This document shows, one piece after another, positions 10,545 to 20,555 of a DNA stretch of 41,648 bases. Made by a program: the position numbers and the translations under genes. The stretch lies in the IMG/VR virus record IMGVR_UViG_2609459832_000005. One strand, 5' to 3'. The notes below the pieces were generated by a model. That model saw only the letters and a list, made by a program, of their open reading frames with translations. It made no database searches and was not told the DNA's origin. The first letter of the stretch is position 1. Each line of letters opens with the position of its first letter. This stretch comes from a virus. Taxonomy: Duplodnaviria; Heunggongvirae; Uroviricota; Caudoviricetes.

Positions 10545-11288
10545 TTAACCTGCGGCGCTGACGGCCACCGTAGCCACTGCCACAAAATCGCCGTCAGAAG
10601 TCATGCCCACAATGCTGACACTGCCCTGCTTCACGCCTTTCACCGTGGCCACAAGCCCGTTCAGGGTCACCGTGGCAGTCTGTGGATCTGTCGAATGCAC
10701 ACTGATCGCTTTGTCACTGGCTCCGTCAGGTTTTACTGTAAAGGTCAGCGTGGTGGTTGCTCCCACTTTTACACTGGCAGATGCCGGTGCCACCGTCAGC
10801 CCGGTAACGCCCACGGTTTCAGTGCCTTCTTCTGCCAGATACGGACGCCCCACACCGCTGATTTTCACTGTGCGGGTCATCACGTCTTTTGAGGCAATGG
10901 TTTTACCCAGTGAACTCAGCCAGCCACGGAAAACATCAACAGTACCGTTGGGATATTTGATACGAAACGCGCAGACTTCACCGGAGTCGAACAACTGAAC
11001 CAGTTTTTTCTGCCCGCTGTCACCCGGACGCCAGGCCAGCGTCGCCGAAGTATCACCGACGGATTTCTGCCCCTGGGTTGTCGTTTTCCAGTCTGCATCT
11101 TCATCATCGAGATAAGTGTCATCTTCTGCATCAGCGGTCATTTCGCCAGGCTGCAGATCCTTCACCATCGCAAGACGCAGCCAGTCAGTGTCCGATAAAG
11201 GGTTCGCAAACGCATCGCCCTTGCCGGTGTACATCCAGAACGTCGTTCCCGCACCTTTCGTTTTTGCCAGTGGATTTGGTGTGGTCAT
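10545..11288 (-). CDS. V: Major tail tube protein V with C-terminal Ig-like domain
   Basis: Likely start MTTPNPLAKTKGAGTTFWMY.. (247 aa); recalled similarity to lambda gpV (..KGAGTT.W.Y.G.GD..ANPLSD.DW.RLA.VKDL.PGE.TA); T/S/V-rich C-terminal Ig-like region. Confidence 0.85.
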   Translation of the reverse strand: MTTPNPLAKTKGAGTTFWMYTGKGDAFANPLSDTDWLRLAMVKDLQPGEMTADAEDDTYLDDEDADWKTTTQGQKSVGDTSATLAWRPGDSGQKKLVQLFDSGEVCAFRIKYPNGTVDVFRGWLSSLGKTIASKDVMTRTVKISGVGRPYLAEEGTETVGVTGLTVAPASASVKVGATTTLTFTVKPDGASDKAISVHSTDPQTATVTLNGLVATVKGVKQGSVSIVGMTSDGDFVAVATVAVSAAG

Positions 11289-11298
11289 TGCCACCTCC

Positions 11299-11712
11299 TT
11301 AATTCGTGTACGTGATCTGGTACGTGATTTCCGCCATCGCCCAGGTGGCCATCTCATTATCACGTTGATAGTTAAAACCGAGTGGGATCAGGGTGTCGAT
11401 GAGTCCGGAAAGTGCCGGTACATCATTCAGGGCCGGGAAAATGGTGCTCTCCATCCACATATCCAGCTCTGAATCCGGTACCTGTGCCCGGATGAAGACG
11501 GCAATATGCAGAACAGCCTGCCAGTCATCTTCATCCGTCATTTTTCCGGTGTACTGAGCATCACTCAGCCACACCGCCACGGCAGGCAGTTCCTGCGCAT
11601 CAATAAATGCCGGAAGCCCGTCAAAAAATGTGGCGCTGTCTCCACACTGTTCCCGAAGGCGTGCCAGTACGGCCTGGCGGATTTGTGTATGTCGGTTCAT
11701 CGGGTCAGCCAT
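11299..11712 (-). CDS. U: Tail terminator protein U
   Basis: 137-aa ORF between Z and V (lambda gpU 131 aa); synteny and size. Confidence 0.75.
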   Translation of the reverse strand: MADPMNRHTQIRQAVLARLREQCGDSATFFDGLPAFIDAQELPAVAVWLSDAQYTGKMTDEDDWQAVLHIAVFIRAQVPDSELDMWMESTIFPALNDVPALSGLIDTLIPLGFNYQRDNEMATWAMAEITYQITYTN

Positions 11713-12275
11713 AACCTCAGTTGTTGTTTCAGTGCATACCCCAGCTGTTTCGGCATTTCCGCAGCAATGATGCGATCGCGGGCATCTTCAAATGCCTGTG
11801 TCAGCGGTCCGGACAGCGGGATTTTCACCACATCAATGGGGTAACGATTTTTGCCATCAATACGCCGCATCACATGCCAGCGACCATTCGCCAGTTGCTG
11901 AATAAACGCATCCCGGAAAAGATATTTACCCACCTTCAGCACGCTGCCACGGTACTGCAGTTTTCCACCACGCCGGGCCAGTCTGACCCGGGCTGTCCCC
12001 AGCTTAATGGCGGGCAGATTGCCCCGGTTAACGCGGATCCTGGCCGTCATTTTTCCTGACGGACTGGCTTTAAACACCCGGACACGCTGACGTACCAGTT
12101 TCAGGGGGATCCCTTTCACCTGGTTATCTCCCGCAACGGTATTCCCGGCAACCTGCCGGGTGGCAACCGAGACCGCTTTCTGTGCCACACGGTTTATCGC
12201 CCATGCGCTGGCCTGTGGCACCATACGGGTATCAAGGCTGTTCAGATTGCGGATGGCATTCTCAAGCCCCTTCAT
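11697..12275 (-). CDS. Z: Tail completion protein Z
   Basis: 192-aa basic ORF, same length as lambda gpZ, upstream of U. Confidence 0.7.
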   Translation of the reverse strand: MKGLENAIRNLNSLDTRMVPQASAWAINRVAQKAVSVATRQVAGNTVAGDNQVKGIPLKLVRQRVRVFKASPSGKMTARIRVNRGNLPAIKLGTARVRLARRGGKLQYRGSVLKVGKYLFRDAFIQQLANGRWHVMRRIDGKNRYPIDVVKIPLSGPLTQAFEDARDRIIAAEMPKQLGYALKQQLRLWLTR

Positions 12276-12286
12276 CCCACACCTCT

Positions 12287-12562
12287 TTACTCAATAAAGA
12301 TCATTGGCTTACCGTTAAAGCGTTCATGCCGTGTGACCGTCCATTGTTGTCCGTCATAAACAACGCGATCCCCGCGCCGTGGGCGGTATCCCGAAGAAAA
12401 CACCACCAGAGAGACCGCAGGTCCGGACAGAGCATTCAGCTCTGCCAGTGTTTCTCCCGGGATCACGGTCATATCGACATCATTAATCGAGGCTGTCTTT
12501 CCCATCTTTCTGACCGTGATAGCATCCATACGCGCTGCCAGCCGGGAAAAGGGATCAGACAT
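12287..12562 (-). CDS. Head-tail connector / head completion protein (FII-position)
   Basis: 91-aa ORF between the capsid-associated genes and Z; synteny only, no motif recognised. Confidence 0.45.
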   Translation of the reverse strand: MSDPFSRLAARMDAITVRKMGKTASINDVDMTVIPGETLAELNALSGPAVSLVVFSSGYRPRRGDRVVYDGQQWTVTRHERFNGKPMIFIE

Positions 12563-12890
12563 TGAGTTTTACCGGCACTTCTTCTGCACTGGTTCCGGCA
12601 TCTGCCCAGACAACCCCGACCAGCGGATCAGAGCCGCTGTTAGTCAGCTGAACTTTTCCGGACTTCAGATAAACCTTCTTACCCGTTTTCATGTCATCCG
12701 TTTTCAGCTTAGGCAGCATAAACACACCTTCGGTCATACCGTCGCCTGTTTCACCCTGTGGAATATCGGTCAGCGCCACCGCAAAAACATCACCCACCTG
12801 CACCAGATCTCCGCTGCTGATGGCTGCACTGGCAACAATCGCCACCGTTTTTCCTTCTTCTACAAAATTCTTTGCCATAACTGTCTCCAC
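12555..12890 (-). CDS. Small capsid-associated protein (DUF2190-like, possible decoration/completion protein)
   Basis: 111-aa ORF immediately downstream of the major capsid gene; Gly/Val-rich beta-type sequence; family assignment from memory only. Confidence 0.4.
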   Translation of the reverse strand: METVMAKNFVEEGKTVAIVASAAISSGDLVQVGDVFAVALTDIPQGETGDGMTEGVFMLPKLKTDDMKTGKKVYLKSGKVQLTNSGSDPLVGVVWADAGTSAEEVPVKLNV

Positions 12891-12964
12891 TCAGCCCCGT
12901 TCAGGGGCTGATTTCAGGTACAAAAAAAGCCCTTACGGGCCATCAGAGTTGTTGTCTGCGACGT

Positions 12965-14923
12965 TTACGCCGTACATTTCACCAGACCGCGGTGATCAAC
13001 GGGCGCGACACCGGCGTCAATACGCACTTTCGTTGTCACGCCATCCACACTGAAGCCTTCCATCTGATCAATATATGGCGTATCCACACCGTTGAGATAA
13101 GCCACTTCAATCGTATCGGAGCCTTTTGACGCAGCCAGGTAGAAGGTGGTCTGGCTGTTATCATCAAGACGGGGCTCTGCAATAACGGTCGCAAAATCTT
13201 TCACCGGGTTAATAATACCGGCGTTAATGTCAGCCCCCTTGACACTTGAGGAGCGAATGACCTGGTTAGCAACAGACTCCATCGCCGTCGGTACCAGTAC
13301 GAACGCAGGACGAATATTCAGATGACGCTCCCCCTCTTTCTGAACGCGCATCAACTGGCGGGCTTTATCCAGCGATGCCACGTCCATTGCAGCGCTCTCC
13401 AGTACGTTTGCATGTTTCGCTTTATCGAACAGACTTACATTATCTGTGGAGATTTTCGGGTTAGACGTCAGAATGGCATAAACCAGATCGGCAATAGTGG
13501 ATTTCGCCGCACGGCCCAGTTTCATCGGGACATCGGTCAGCATATTCAGATCATCATTGATAATGGCCTGACGGGTGATACTGAACAGCTCGCCATAGGT
13601 CGCCAGTGCAATAGTGGCCTGTTTATCTCCGGTGGTGACGTATTTATATTCCGCCCCTTCACGCACCTGACGCAGAGCACTGAAGCCCCCCATACCCACA
13701 CGATGGGCAATTTTAAAATCAGACAACTGACCTTTCCGCGTCCACTGTTCATAGGTTTCAGGGGCATCTTCCCAGCCCTGCAGAATGGCTTTGTTCGCAA
13801 CATCCAGCAGAATATTACCGAAGTCAGACGTACTGTGTGTGAACGCCGCACCGACCATCTGCATCGGGTTATAACTGGAAACCCCAATACCCCGTTCAGT
13901 CAGTGACATACGGGCATATTCACGCAGGGTCATCCCGTTGTAGACATTATCACGTTCGTTTTTTTCAAATCCGGCACGCGCCATCAGCGCCTGGCGGATC
14001 CCGTCCCCCACAAAATTACCGTTTCCGGCATAAATATGAGCCGGGGTATTTTTATTGGATGGCGTGGACTCGCGCCCCATCTCGTTCAACAGCTTTTCGC
14101 GGGCCTGCTCCAGCGAACATTCAGGATCGGCAAGACACTGAGCCTGCAGCGTCTGATAACGCCCGCCAAACATGGCAAACAGATCATTAATACCGTTTAC
14201 ACGCGCTTTTTGCTCTGCCAGTACCTGCGCACGGATACTGTTTTCATCCACCACGGGTGCTGCTGCCTGCACTGGCGTCCGGGAGGCTGCAGGTTCATCA
14301 TCCTGTACGCGTGGAGCACTGTTGCGTGGCGGAGTAATCATGTTTCGAATGGATTCCGGCATCTTTTTAAATTCCTCTGTACGTTTTGACTGAATACATG
14401 CCATTGCCTTAACGGCTGGCGTCACCTGATCAGCAAATCCCTGTGCCAGACATTCGGCACCGGACATCCAGGTCTCATCCGCCAGCATGGCAGCAATTTC
14501 ATCGGTGGTTTTCCCGGTTTTCTGTGCATAAGCGGGTAACAGAACCGCCTCAACCTTATCGAGCAGGTCGGCATAGGTGCGCATGTCCTCCGCATCACCG
14601 CCCGTAAAGCCAAATGGTTTATGAATCATCATGAAGGTGTTTTCCGGCATAATGACCGGGTTTCCCACCATCGCAATGACCGACGCCATTGACGCCGCCA
14701 CACCGTCGACATAAACGGTAATGGACGCACCATGTGTTTTCAGCGCATTAAAAATGGCGATGCCTTCAAAGACATCGCCACCCGGTGAATTAATATGGAG
14801 ATTAATGTGGGTGATATCGCCCAGTGCATTCAGATCACTGATAAACTGCTTCGCTGTAACACCCCAGAAACCAATCTCGTCATAAATATAAATATCCGCG
14901 TCACTCTGGTGACCAGCCTGCAT
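12965..14923 (-). CDS. Prohead protease (ClpP/S14-like) fused to HK97-fold major capsid protein
   Basis: N-terminal region has ClpP-type motifs (INSPGGDV; GVAASMASVI); long C-terminal region in the capsid position; likely start MQAGHQSDADIYIYDEIG.. (652 aa) overlapping the portal stop; track ORF is extended upstream. Confidence 0.75.
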   Translation of the reverse strand: MQAGHQSDADIYIYDEIGFWGVTAKQFISDLNALGDITHINLHINSPGGDVFEGIAIFNALKTHGASITVYVDGVAASMASVIAMVGNPVIMPENTFMMIHKPFGFTGGDAEDMRTYADLLDKVEAVLLPAYAQKTGKTTDEIAAMLADETWMSGAECLAQGFADQVTPAVKAMACIQSKRTEEFKKMPESIRNMITPPRNSAPRVQDDEPAASRTPVQAAAPVVDENSIRAQVLAEQKARVNGINDLFAMFGGRYQTLQAQCLADPECSLEQAREKLLNEMGRESTPSNKNTPAHIYAGNGNFVGDGIRQALMARAGFEKNERDNVYNGMTLREYARMSLTERGIGVSSYNPMQMVGAAFTHSTSDFGNILLDVANKAILQGWEDAPETYEQWTRKGQLSDFKIAHRVGMGGFSALRQVREGAEYKYVTTGDKQATIALATYGELFSITRQAIINDDLNMLTDVPMKLGRAAKSTIADLVYAILTSNPKISTDNVSLFDKAKHANVLESAAMDVASLDKARQLMRVQKEGERHLNIRPAFVLVPTAMESVANQVIRSSSVKGADINAGIINPVKDFATVIAEPRLDDNSQTTFYLAASKGSDTIEVAYLNGVDTPYIDQMEGFSVDGVTTKVRIDAGVAPVDHRGLVKCTA

Positions 14924-14936
14924 CCTGAACCAGGAA

Positions 14937-16445
14937 TTAATCTTCGGACTGGTCGTCGGTGTGCTGCGGCTCCTGTCGTTTCGTTGCGGCACTGCTGCCT
15001 CCTTTATCACTGGCCGGATCGGTATCAAATACCAGATCCAGCTTGCGGTTTTCATCAATTTCGGCCTTGCGCCGACGTTTGACATCATCCGGATTACGAC
15101 CACCAGCACGTACCCAGTCTGATTCTGTCGCCGCTCCACCACGAATCTGGATTTTCCAGGCCTCAGCCTCCTTAACAGGGTCAATCCACGGCATCACTGG
15201 TCCGGAATACACCGCGGTATACAGTGAAGAACGGTCAAGATCGCGGGGTAGCCTGATAACACCGGATGCCACAGCCTGTTTCAGCCATGCACGATACATC
15301 GGGCGGGTGACGGCACCAATAAACCAGTCCTGCAGGATCAGGTAGCCATCAGTGGATTCAACCAGCTCCTGACGCTGGGCGCTGTAAGTGCCGTTATAGT
15401 TGCGCGCCGTACTGGAAAAACTCAGACGACTGCCCGCCGCCACGGCACGCAACTGACCATTACGAAAAGTTTCAAGGTTAGGATTGGGGCGATCCGACTT
15501 CACCATTCCGATTTCTTCGCCGGGTTTCAGATCGTCGTAAATAATGCCTGGCTGAATGGTAAGCTCGCGTTCCTTATCCTTGCTGCCATTACCATCCGGT
15601 TCATAGCTCTGCCCGTCGCCTTTGCGGATGTACATCCCCAGAGCAGCGGCGATCCTTGCTGCAGTCAGCTCATAATCTTCATAATCTTTCAGGGCACTGA
15701 GGCGGATCAGCACACCGGACAACAAAGACGTCCCGCGCATCTGGTGCAGACGGCGAACAAATTTAAGATGCAGCATTCGCTCTGCATCCACTTCTTTGGT
15801 TTCCATCTGCCGTCCGGATACGGGACGGCTTTTATACACCAGATATTTTTCGGGACGCCCCCAGTCATCAACAAACACGCCCTGATTCAGCCTGTTGCTC
15901 TCATCACTGGTCATGGGAATAAAGTCTGGCTCGAGCGCCTCCAGCCAGAAATGAACACCGGCAGAAGGCGTCAGGCTGTTTATGCGCCCGGAAACCATCT
16001 GGGCAAACACCTCACCATCGCGCAGCCAGGTACGCAGCATCAGACGTTCCAGCATCGGACGGGTAAACTGCCCGGTGACTTCCGGGCTGACAGACCATTC
16101 ACTCCATCGGGTGCGAATCTCCGCTGCCAGATCACGGGCAATGGCCCCATTGCGTAATACCGGATGTGGCTCGACAATAATCCCGTTTTTCCCCACCACC
16201 CGTTCTTCCAGCTTGTCAAATACACCAATAACCAGATCGTGGTTGTTATCAAGGTAACGGGCCTGCTCACGTAACGACACGGCCCCGTACTGGCTTAGCT
16301 GGTCGGCAGTTCGGTTCTCCCGTCGGGCTTTGTGTGTCCGCGTCGTTTTTACGGCTTCATAAGCCTGGATCACCGCACGGGAACGCAGCCTTGCCGCTTT
16401 CCATCCAGGTGAAAAAACGCCAATCACATCATCAAGAATTGCCAT
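14937..16445 (-). CDS. Portal protein (lambda gpB family)
   Basis: ~502-aa ORF between W and the protease-capsid gene; likely start MAILDDVIGVF.. whose ATG overlaps the W stop (TGATG arrangement); size and synteny with lambda B. Confidence 0.8.
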   Translation of the reverse strand: MAILDDVIGVFSPGWKAARLRSRAVIQAYEAVKTTRTHKARRENRTADQLSQYGAVSLREQARYLDNNHDLVIGVFDKLEERVVGKNGIIVEPHPVLRNGAIARDLAAEIRTRWSEWSVSPEVTGQFTRPMLERLMLRTWLRDGEVFAQMVSGRINSLTPSAGVHFWLEALEPDFIPMTSDESNRLNQGVFVDDWGRPEKYLVYKSRPVSGRQMETKEVDAERMLHLKFVRRLHQMRGTSLLSGVLIRLSALKDYEDYELTAARIAAALGMYIRKGDGQSYEPDGNGSKDKERELTIQPGIIYDDLKPGEEIGMVKSDRPNPNLETFRNGQLRAVAAGSRLSFSSTARNYNGTYSAQRQELVESTDGYLILQDWFIGAVTRPMYRAWLKQAVASGVIRLPRDLDRSSLYTAVYSGPVMPWIDPVKEAEAWKIQIRGGAATESDWVRAGGRNPDDVKRRRKAEIDENRKLDLVFDTDPASDKGGSSAATKRQEPQHTDDQSED

Positions 16446-16657
16446 CAGAACCTCGCCAGCCGGTACCCGGGATGCCCCCGTCGTCGTGTAATCAGAGCCG
16501 CAAGGCGGCGCTCCCACTCCTGCCGTCCCTGCCGGATCTCAGATAAGTTTTCCATGGTCATCTGCTGACCATTAAAGGTGACGGATTTTCCGTCCAGCAC
16601 CGCCATTTCAGCTTACGTATAACGCTGAATCATGGCTTCGATATCATTCTGGTTCAT
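16445..16657 (-). pseudogene. Head-tail joining protein W-like gene with in-frame TAA at codon 15
   Basis: ATG at 16655-16657 overlaps the terminase stop (ATGA) and is preceded by GGAGG; reads MNQNDIEAMIQRYT-TAA-AEMAVLDGKSVTFNGQQMTMENLSEIRQGRQEWERRLAALITRRRGHPGYRLARF; with the stop this is ~70 codons, close to the 68 aa I recall for lambda gpW. Confidence 0.5.
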
Positions 16658-18756
16658 AACCATCCTCCGGAAGTTAGCCAGGGATTAACATCGTCAGTTA
16701 CTGTTTTCTTCCGTTTTTGTTTTTTAACAGGCGTGGATACCGGTTCCGGTGAGGGTGACGGTTCGGTACTGTCCGGGACACACTCCAGCCAGGTTTCCCT
16801 GCTCGCCCACTCCGGTGCATCCGGCCAGCGGATCTTTTCGTATCCATGCAGAATGACCAGAGCCTCGGCATACACCATCAGGTCAAAAGCTTCGTTGGCA
16901 CCGCGACCCGGCTTACTCCATTTCCCGTCACTGCTCCGCTCTTCATACGTCAGTTCGTCGTAAAACCAGCTCCCCAGCCAGTCAGGGAAATGCACATAGC
17001 CGGGACCTGGCGAGTCACGCCATAACGCGTTATTCACCCGGTCTTTCAGTGCATCCGTCTGAAGAAGCCAGAGCGGCACATCACCTGCGGCCTGCGCCCG
17101 TCGGCCCGTTCGTCCGGTGTTATCAGGGAATGTACGGGTGATCAGTTTTGCGCGCCGGATGCTGTCGCCCTTAAACAGGTAAATACGTTTACCAAGGCCA
17201 TCACGACGGCAACGACGCCAGAATTTATAGGCATTATCAGTGACCCCGTCTTCACCGCCGGAGTCCACCGCCATTGCCATCAGTCGCATTTGTTGAGAAG
17301 GATCGGAGGCCAGCGGCCAGCTTTTATGAAAAACATCCGTCAGCAGGACATCCCAGTCTTCCGGATAGCTGGCCGGATCAATTCGCTGGCTCTCCCCGTC
17401 GCTGTCACCGCGCAATGACTGCGTGATGTTGTAACGATCAATAATCCAGCGTTCGCCACGGCTGCCATAGCCCGTTACCTGAACCACAAAACGGCGATGA
17501 CGTCCCGCCTGCACATCCACTGTCGCCACAAGGAAATTAACGCCATCCGGCACACTGCGGGAAGGAACTGGCTCTGCCCGCTGCTCAAGCAGTTCACTTT
17601 TTCGTTGCTCCATGCTGGCGCGGGGAAGATAAGGTAATCCCCAGTCGGTATTGATAACCGTCTTGAGTGTTTCTTCACTTCCGGTTGTCTCGTATTCCTG
17701 TTCTGCAGTAAGCAGTTTGTAAACGAGTTGCGAGAGTGTCTGGTAAGCAGCTGCCGGACCCTCCATCCAGAATGACGCAATACGTGAGCGTCGGGGATCA
17801 CCATAACGACTGCCATCCGCATTGATGGATTCACCATCCCGCAACCAGACCCCACGTCCGTTCAGCTCACGTTTGTGTTCAGGCATAATCCGTCCTGAAC
17901 AGGAAGGACACTGAATATAAGCCGCCTCACTTGCCAGCACGGGATCGGCAATATCACGGAAACCAGCAACCACATCGCCGCAGGGCTGAAAATACTCACC
18001 ACAGTGTGGACAGGGCCAGTACCAGCGACGGCGATCACCACGGTTATAGAGCGACAGGATCCCCGTGGTTGGTGGAGCCTCATGCGGTGAAGTCCGTCGC
18101 CATTTCACATCCTTCACATCCCTGCCGGGGGAACTCTCCACCAACGTCATACCGCTGGACATAAATGTGGTGGTACGTTTTGAGGCAAGAGAGAAGGCAT
18201 CCCCCTCGCCATCAATATCTTCCGGAAAACGGTCATAATCCGTCAGCGCGACGCATTTATAATCTGATGAGGACATGATATTGACTGACGGCCAGCCGAT
18301 TTTCAGGTAGTTGCCAGCAAGGAATGTTCTGTCATAAACGTTGTTGTCATTTTTGTTCGGACTCAGGCGACTGACCACTTCCGGGCTGACGCGAAACGTT
18401 CTGGCGAGTCGTTTTTTGGAGTGTTCGCGGGCTTTTTCCTCCGTCATCTGAATGATCAGCATATCAGCAGGATCGCAAATCACGTTGTAAATCACCCAGC
18501 CGTCAATCAGGCCGATAGTCTTGCCGGTTCGTGCCGGGCCAACAAATATCACTGCGTCGTATTCACGCGAGGCCAGGCAGTTCATCGGCTCAATAACATA
18601 CGGTGCCACCAGCGGATCCCACGGGACTGAGTTCCCGGCCCCCATGGGCACCCGCATATACTGAGCAACGGCATCAGCAACCCGCATTCGTCTCGGTGCG
18701 CGAAGGATATAACCTGAATCGGTTCGTGCTGCCTTTGCGGTTTCCTGATTCAGCAT
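16654..18756 (-). CDS. Terminase large subunit (lambda gpA family)
   Basis: 700-aa ORF with Walker A-like GPARTGKT near the N-terminus, Cys-rich CPHCG..CPSC segment; located between terminase small subunit and W/portal. Confidence 0.9.
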   Translation of the reverse strand: MLNQETAKAARTDSGYILRAPRRMRVADAVAQYMRVPMGAGNSVPWDPLVAPYVIEPMNCLASREYDAVIFVGPARTGKTIGLIDGWVIYNVICDPADMLIIQMTEEKAREHSKKRLARTFRVSPEVVSRLSPNKNDNNVYDRTFLAGNYLKIGWPSVNIMSSSDYKCVALTDYDRFPEDIDGEGDAFSLASKRTTTFMSSGMTLVESSPGRDVKDVKWRRTSPHEAPPTTGILSLYNRGDRRRWYWPCPHCGEYFQPCGDVVAGFRDIADPVLASEAAYIQCPSCSGRIMPEHKRELNGRGVWLRDGESINADGSRYGDPRRSRIASFWMEGPAAAYQTLSQLVYKLLTAEQEYETTGSEETLKTVINTDWGLPYLPRASMEQRKSELLEQRAEPVPSRSVPDGVNFLVATVDVQAGRHRRFVVQVTGYGSRGERWIIDRYNITQSLRGDSDGESQRIDPASYPEDWDVLLTDVFHKSWPLASDPSQQMRLMAMAVDSGGEDGVTDNAYKFWRRCRRDGLGKRIYLFKGDSIRRAKLITRTFPDNTGRTGRRAQAAGDVPLWLLQTDALKDRVNNALWRDSPGPGYVHFPDWLGSWFYDELTYEERSSDGKWSKPGRGANEAFDLMVYAEALVILHGYEKIRWPDAPEWASRETWLECVPDSTEPSPSPEPVSTPVKKQKRKKTVTDDVNPWLTSGGWL

Positions 18757-19250
18757 TACTCCTCCTGCTGTAATTCCTCCTCATCATCCGCACCTGCTTC
18801 AGTCACCCGCAGGGCTATCTGATCGCGCAGATCATCAATAATGGACTGAACACGGCTCACAGCGGCAGGCTGCAGACCGCAGTCACGTTCAAGAATATCC
18901 GGTAATGTCTCCAGCACCTGCACGACCGCTTTTGCCCAGATGGCAAACTCCCGTCTGACATCACTGGCCGGAATGAGTTGTGCCGTTTCCTGTTCGAACT
19001 TAAGACGCTCACGTTCAGACTGATACCAGGCTTTGCGCTCATGCGCGTCCATTTCGCCTTCTGCAACCGGCGGTGGTAATGCCAGAAATGCCGACACAAT
19101 ATCAACCACCCGATAAAGCTTGAGGTTGCTTTCATGCCCCCCTGCAACGGGTAGATTTTGCAGCCTTGCCGCAGCAGTCTGGCGATGTACACCTGACAGT
19201 GCCGCCAGTTGACTGATATTCAGCGTCAGATTTTTTAACTCTCGATCCAT
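18756..19250 (-). CDS. Terminase small subunit (Nu1-like, HTH)
   Basis: 164-aa ORF with N-terminal helix-turn-helix (LNISQLAALSGVHRQTAAARL), acidic C-terminus, immediately upstream of and overlapping the large subunit, just downstream of a cos-like site. Confidence 0.75.
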   Translation of the reverse strand: MDRELKNLTLNISQLAALSGVHRQTAAARLQNLPVAGGHESNLKLYRVVDIVSAFLALPPPVAEGEMDAHERKAWYQSERERLKFEQETAQLIPASDVRREFAIWAKAVVQVLETLPDILERDCGLQPAAVSRVQSIIDDLRDQIALRVTEAGADDEEELQQEE

Positions 19251-19404
19251 ACCCGCTCCAGAATGTTTTAAACATGCATCTTGCGAACAACTTTAGGCAA
19301 ACGGTGTTAGTGATGAACAAAAAATAATCAAAATCGACACCATAAAAATAAAACCACTGTAATATCAATATATTACGGTAGTGGTGATGACGAATGAAAT
19401 TTCA

Positions 19405-19445
19405 AAAACTAGCCTTTTTCCGCGACGCTCCCGCCCCGTGGCAGG
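19405..19445. other. cos-like cohesive-end site (cosN candidate) upstream of terminase
   Basis: Minus-strand sequence GGGGCGGGAGCGTCGCGG (plus 19421-19438) resembles the lambda cosN region CGGGGCGGCGACCTCGCGGG as I recall it, at the expected position ~170 bp upstream of the terminase small subunit start. Confidence 0.4.
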
Positions 19446-19703
19446 CCACCCCACCGGAAGGACCCGCCAAAATGAGAGTGATTATCACCATTGCTGATGA
19501 ATAAATTGATGAAAATCATTGAAACGCCTTTCAGCAAGATAACGGCGACGGTCGTTGTTGAACTCCGTAACTCTGCTACTAAGGTTAAAAGCATGGCCAT
19601 CTTTTGCCACCGGCAAATCTTCAATGGATTTCCCCTGCCGGTTTTTTATTCCTCACATTATCGCAGCCCCTCAGTGAAGGGCTGCTGTAATGCCTGCTGT
19701 TAC

Positions 19704-20066
19704 TCAGTAACGACCGCGCCTTCCGGTAATTTCATACCGGCAAATACCGGACAGCCCGGGGATCGTTATCTGCAGCTGGTTAGCCAGGGAGTTAATCTCA
19801 GCGACCAACACTGGCTTCGTATAGCGCCATGCCGCCAGCCCTTGTCCACAGAAGCTCGCCATATCTTTTTTCTGATCAAACTCATGACACTTCATATTGA
19901 GCTGCGCACTTAAGCTGTTGCGATGCTGAAGTTCTCCGGTGAAGTAGTCATCCAGGACTTTATAGGCTGCATATTTAAATCCGGGGTTTAGCCATGCTGC
20001 ATAATCATAAGCAACAAACTTCCCGCCATATGTTCCACCGTGTACACCGCGCTCAGTAAAAACCAC
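19704..20066 (-). CDS. KilA-N-like domain protein (possibly N-terminally truncated remnant)
   Basis: GTYGGKFVAYDYAAWLNPGFKYAAYKVL aligns by eye with the KilA-N core of the 265-aa protein in this window ([25 protein letters not shown]); lies between Rz and cos. Confidence 0.4.
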   Translation of the reverse strand: MVFTERGVHGGTYGGKFVAYDYAAWLNPGFKYAAYKVLDDYFTGELQHRNSLSAQLNMKCHEFDQKKDMASFCGQGLAAWRYTKPVLVAEINSLANQLQITIPGLSGICRYEITGRRGRY

Positions 20067-20087
20067 AGATTCGTGTTTTTTCTCCAG

Positions 20088-20555
20088 CTACTTAATGCGC
20101 TGGGTGCGGATATATTCCTGCGCCCCTTCCAGTTGCTTCTGCATCGTCATCAACCGTTCTCTGAGGGTGAAATAATCCCGTTCAGCGGTGTCTGCCAGTC
20201 GGGGGCTGGTTGCATTATCCATGCTGGTGGGTCCGGTGGCTTCACGCACGGCTGCGGAGCAACTGGCATTGACCCGCAGGCGCTTACGACCAGCGGCAAC
20301 ATCAGCGCGCAGAGTTTCATTTTCAGTTTTCGCATCGGCTAACTCCTTCGTGTATTTTGCATCGATCGCAGCAACATCACGCTGACGCTGCTGCATGTCA
20401 GCGATGGTGGCGGTCGCCTGCTTCAGCTCACTGACTTTTTTATCACGCTGTTCTTTGTAGGCGATGGCGTTATCACGGTAATGATTGACCGCCCACGACA
20501 GGCAGACGATGATGCAGATAACCAGAGCGGAGATAATCGCGGTTACTCTGCTCAT
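20088..20555 (-). CDS. Rz: Spanin inner-membrane subunit Rz (i-spanin)
   Basis: Likely start [23 protein letters not shown] (N-terminal TM anchor) then coiled-coil periplasmic domain; directly after the endolysin; contains embedded Rz1. Confidence 0.8.
   Translation of the reverse strand: MSRVTAIISALVICIIVCLSWAVNHYRDNAIAYKEQRDKKVSELKQATATIADMQQRQRDVAAIDAKYTKELADAKTENETLRADVAAGRKRLRVNASCSAAVREATGPTSMDNATSPRLADTAERDYFTLRERLMTMQKQLEGAQEYIRTQRIK
20150..20335 (-). CDS. Rz1: Spanin outer-membrane lipoprotein Rz1 (o-spanin), embedded in Rz
   Basis: 61-aa ORF wholly inside Rz in another frame; lipoprotein signal with lipobox (LPLVVSAC), proline-rich mature part. Confidence 0.75.
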   Translation of the reverse strand: MRKLKMKLCALMLPLVVSACGSMPVAPQPCVKPPDPPAWIMQPAPDWQTPLNGIISPSENG

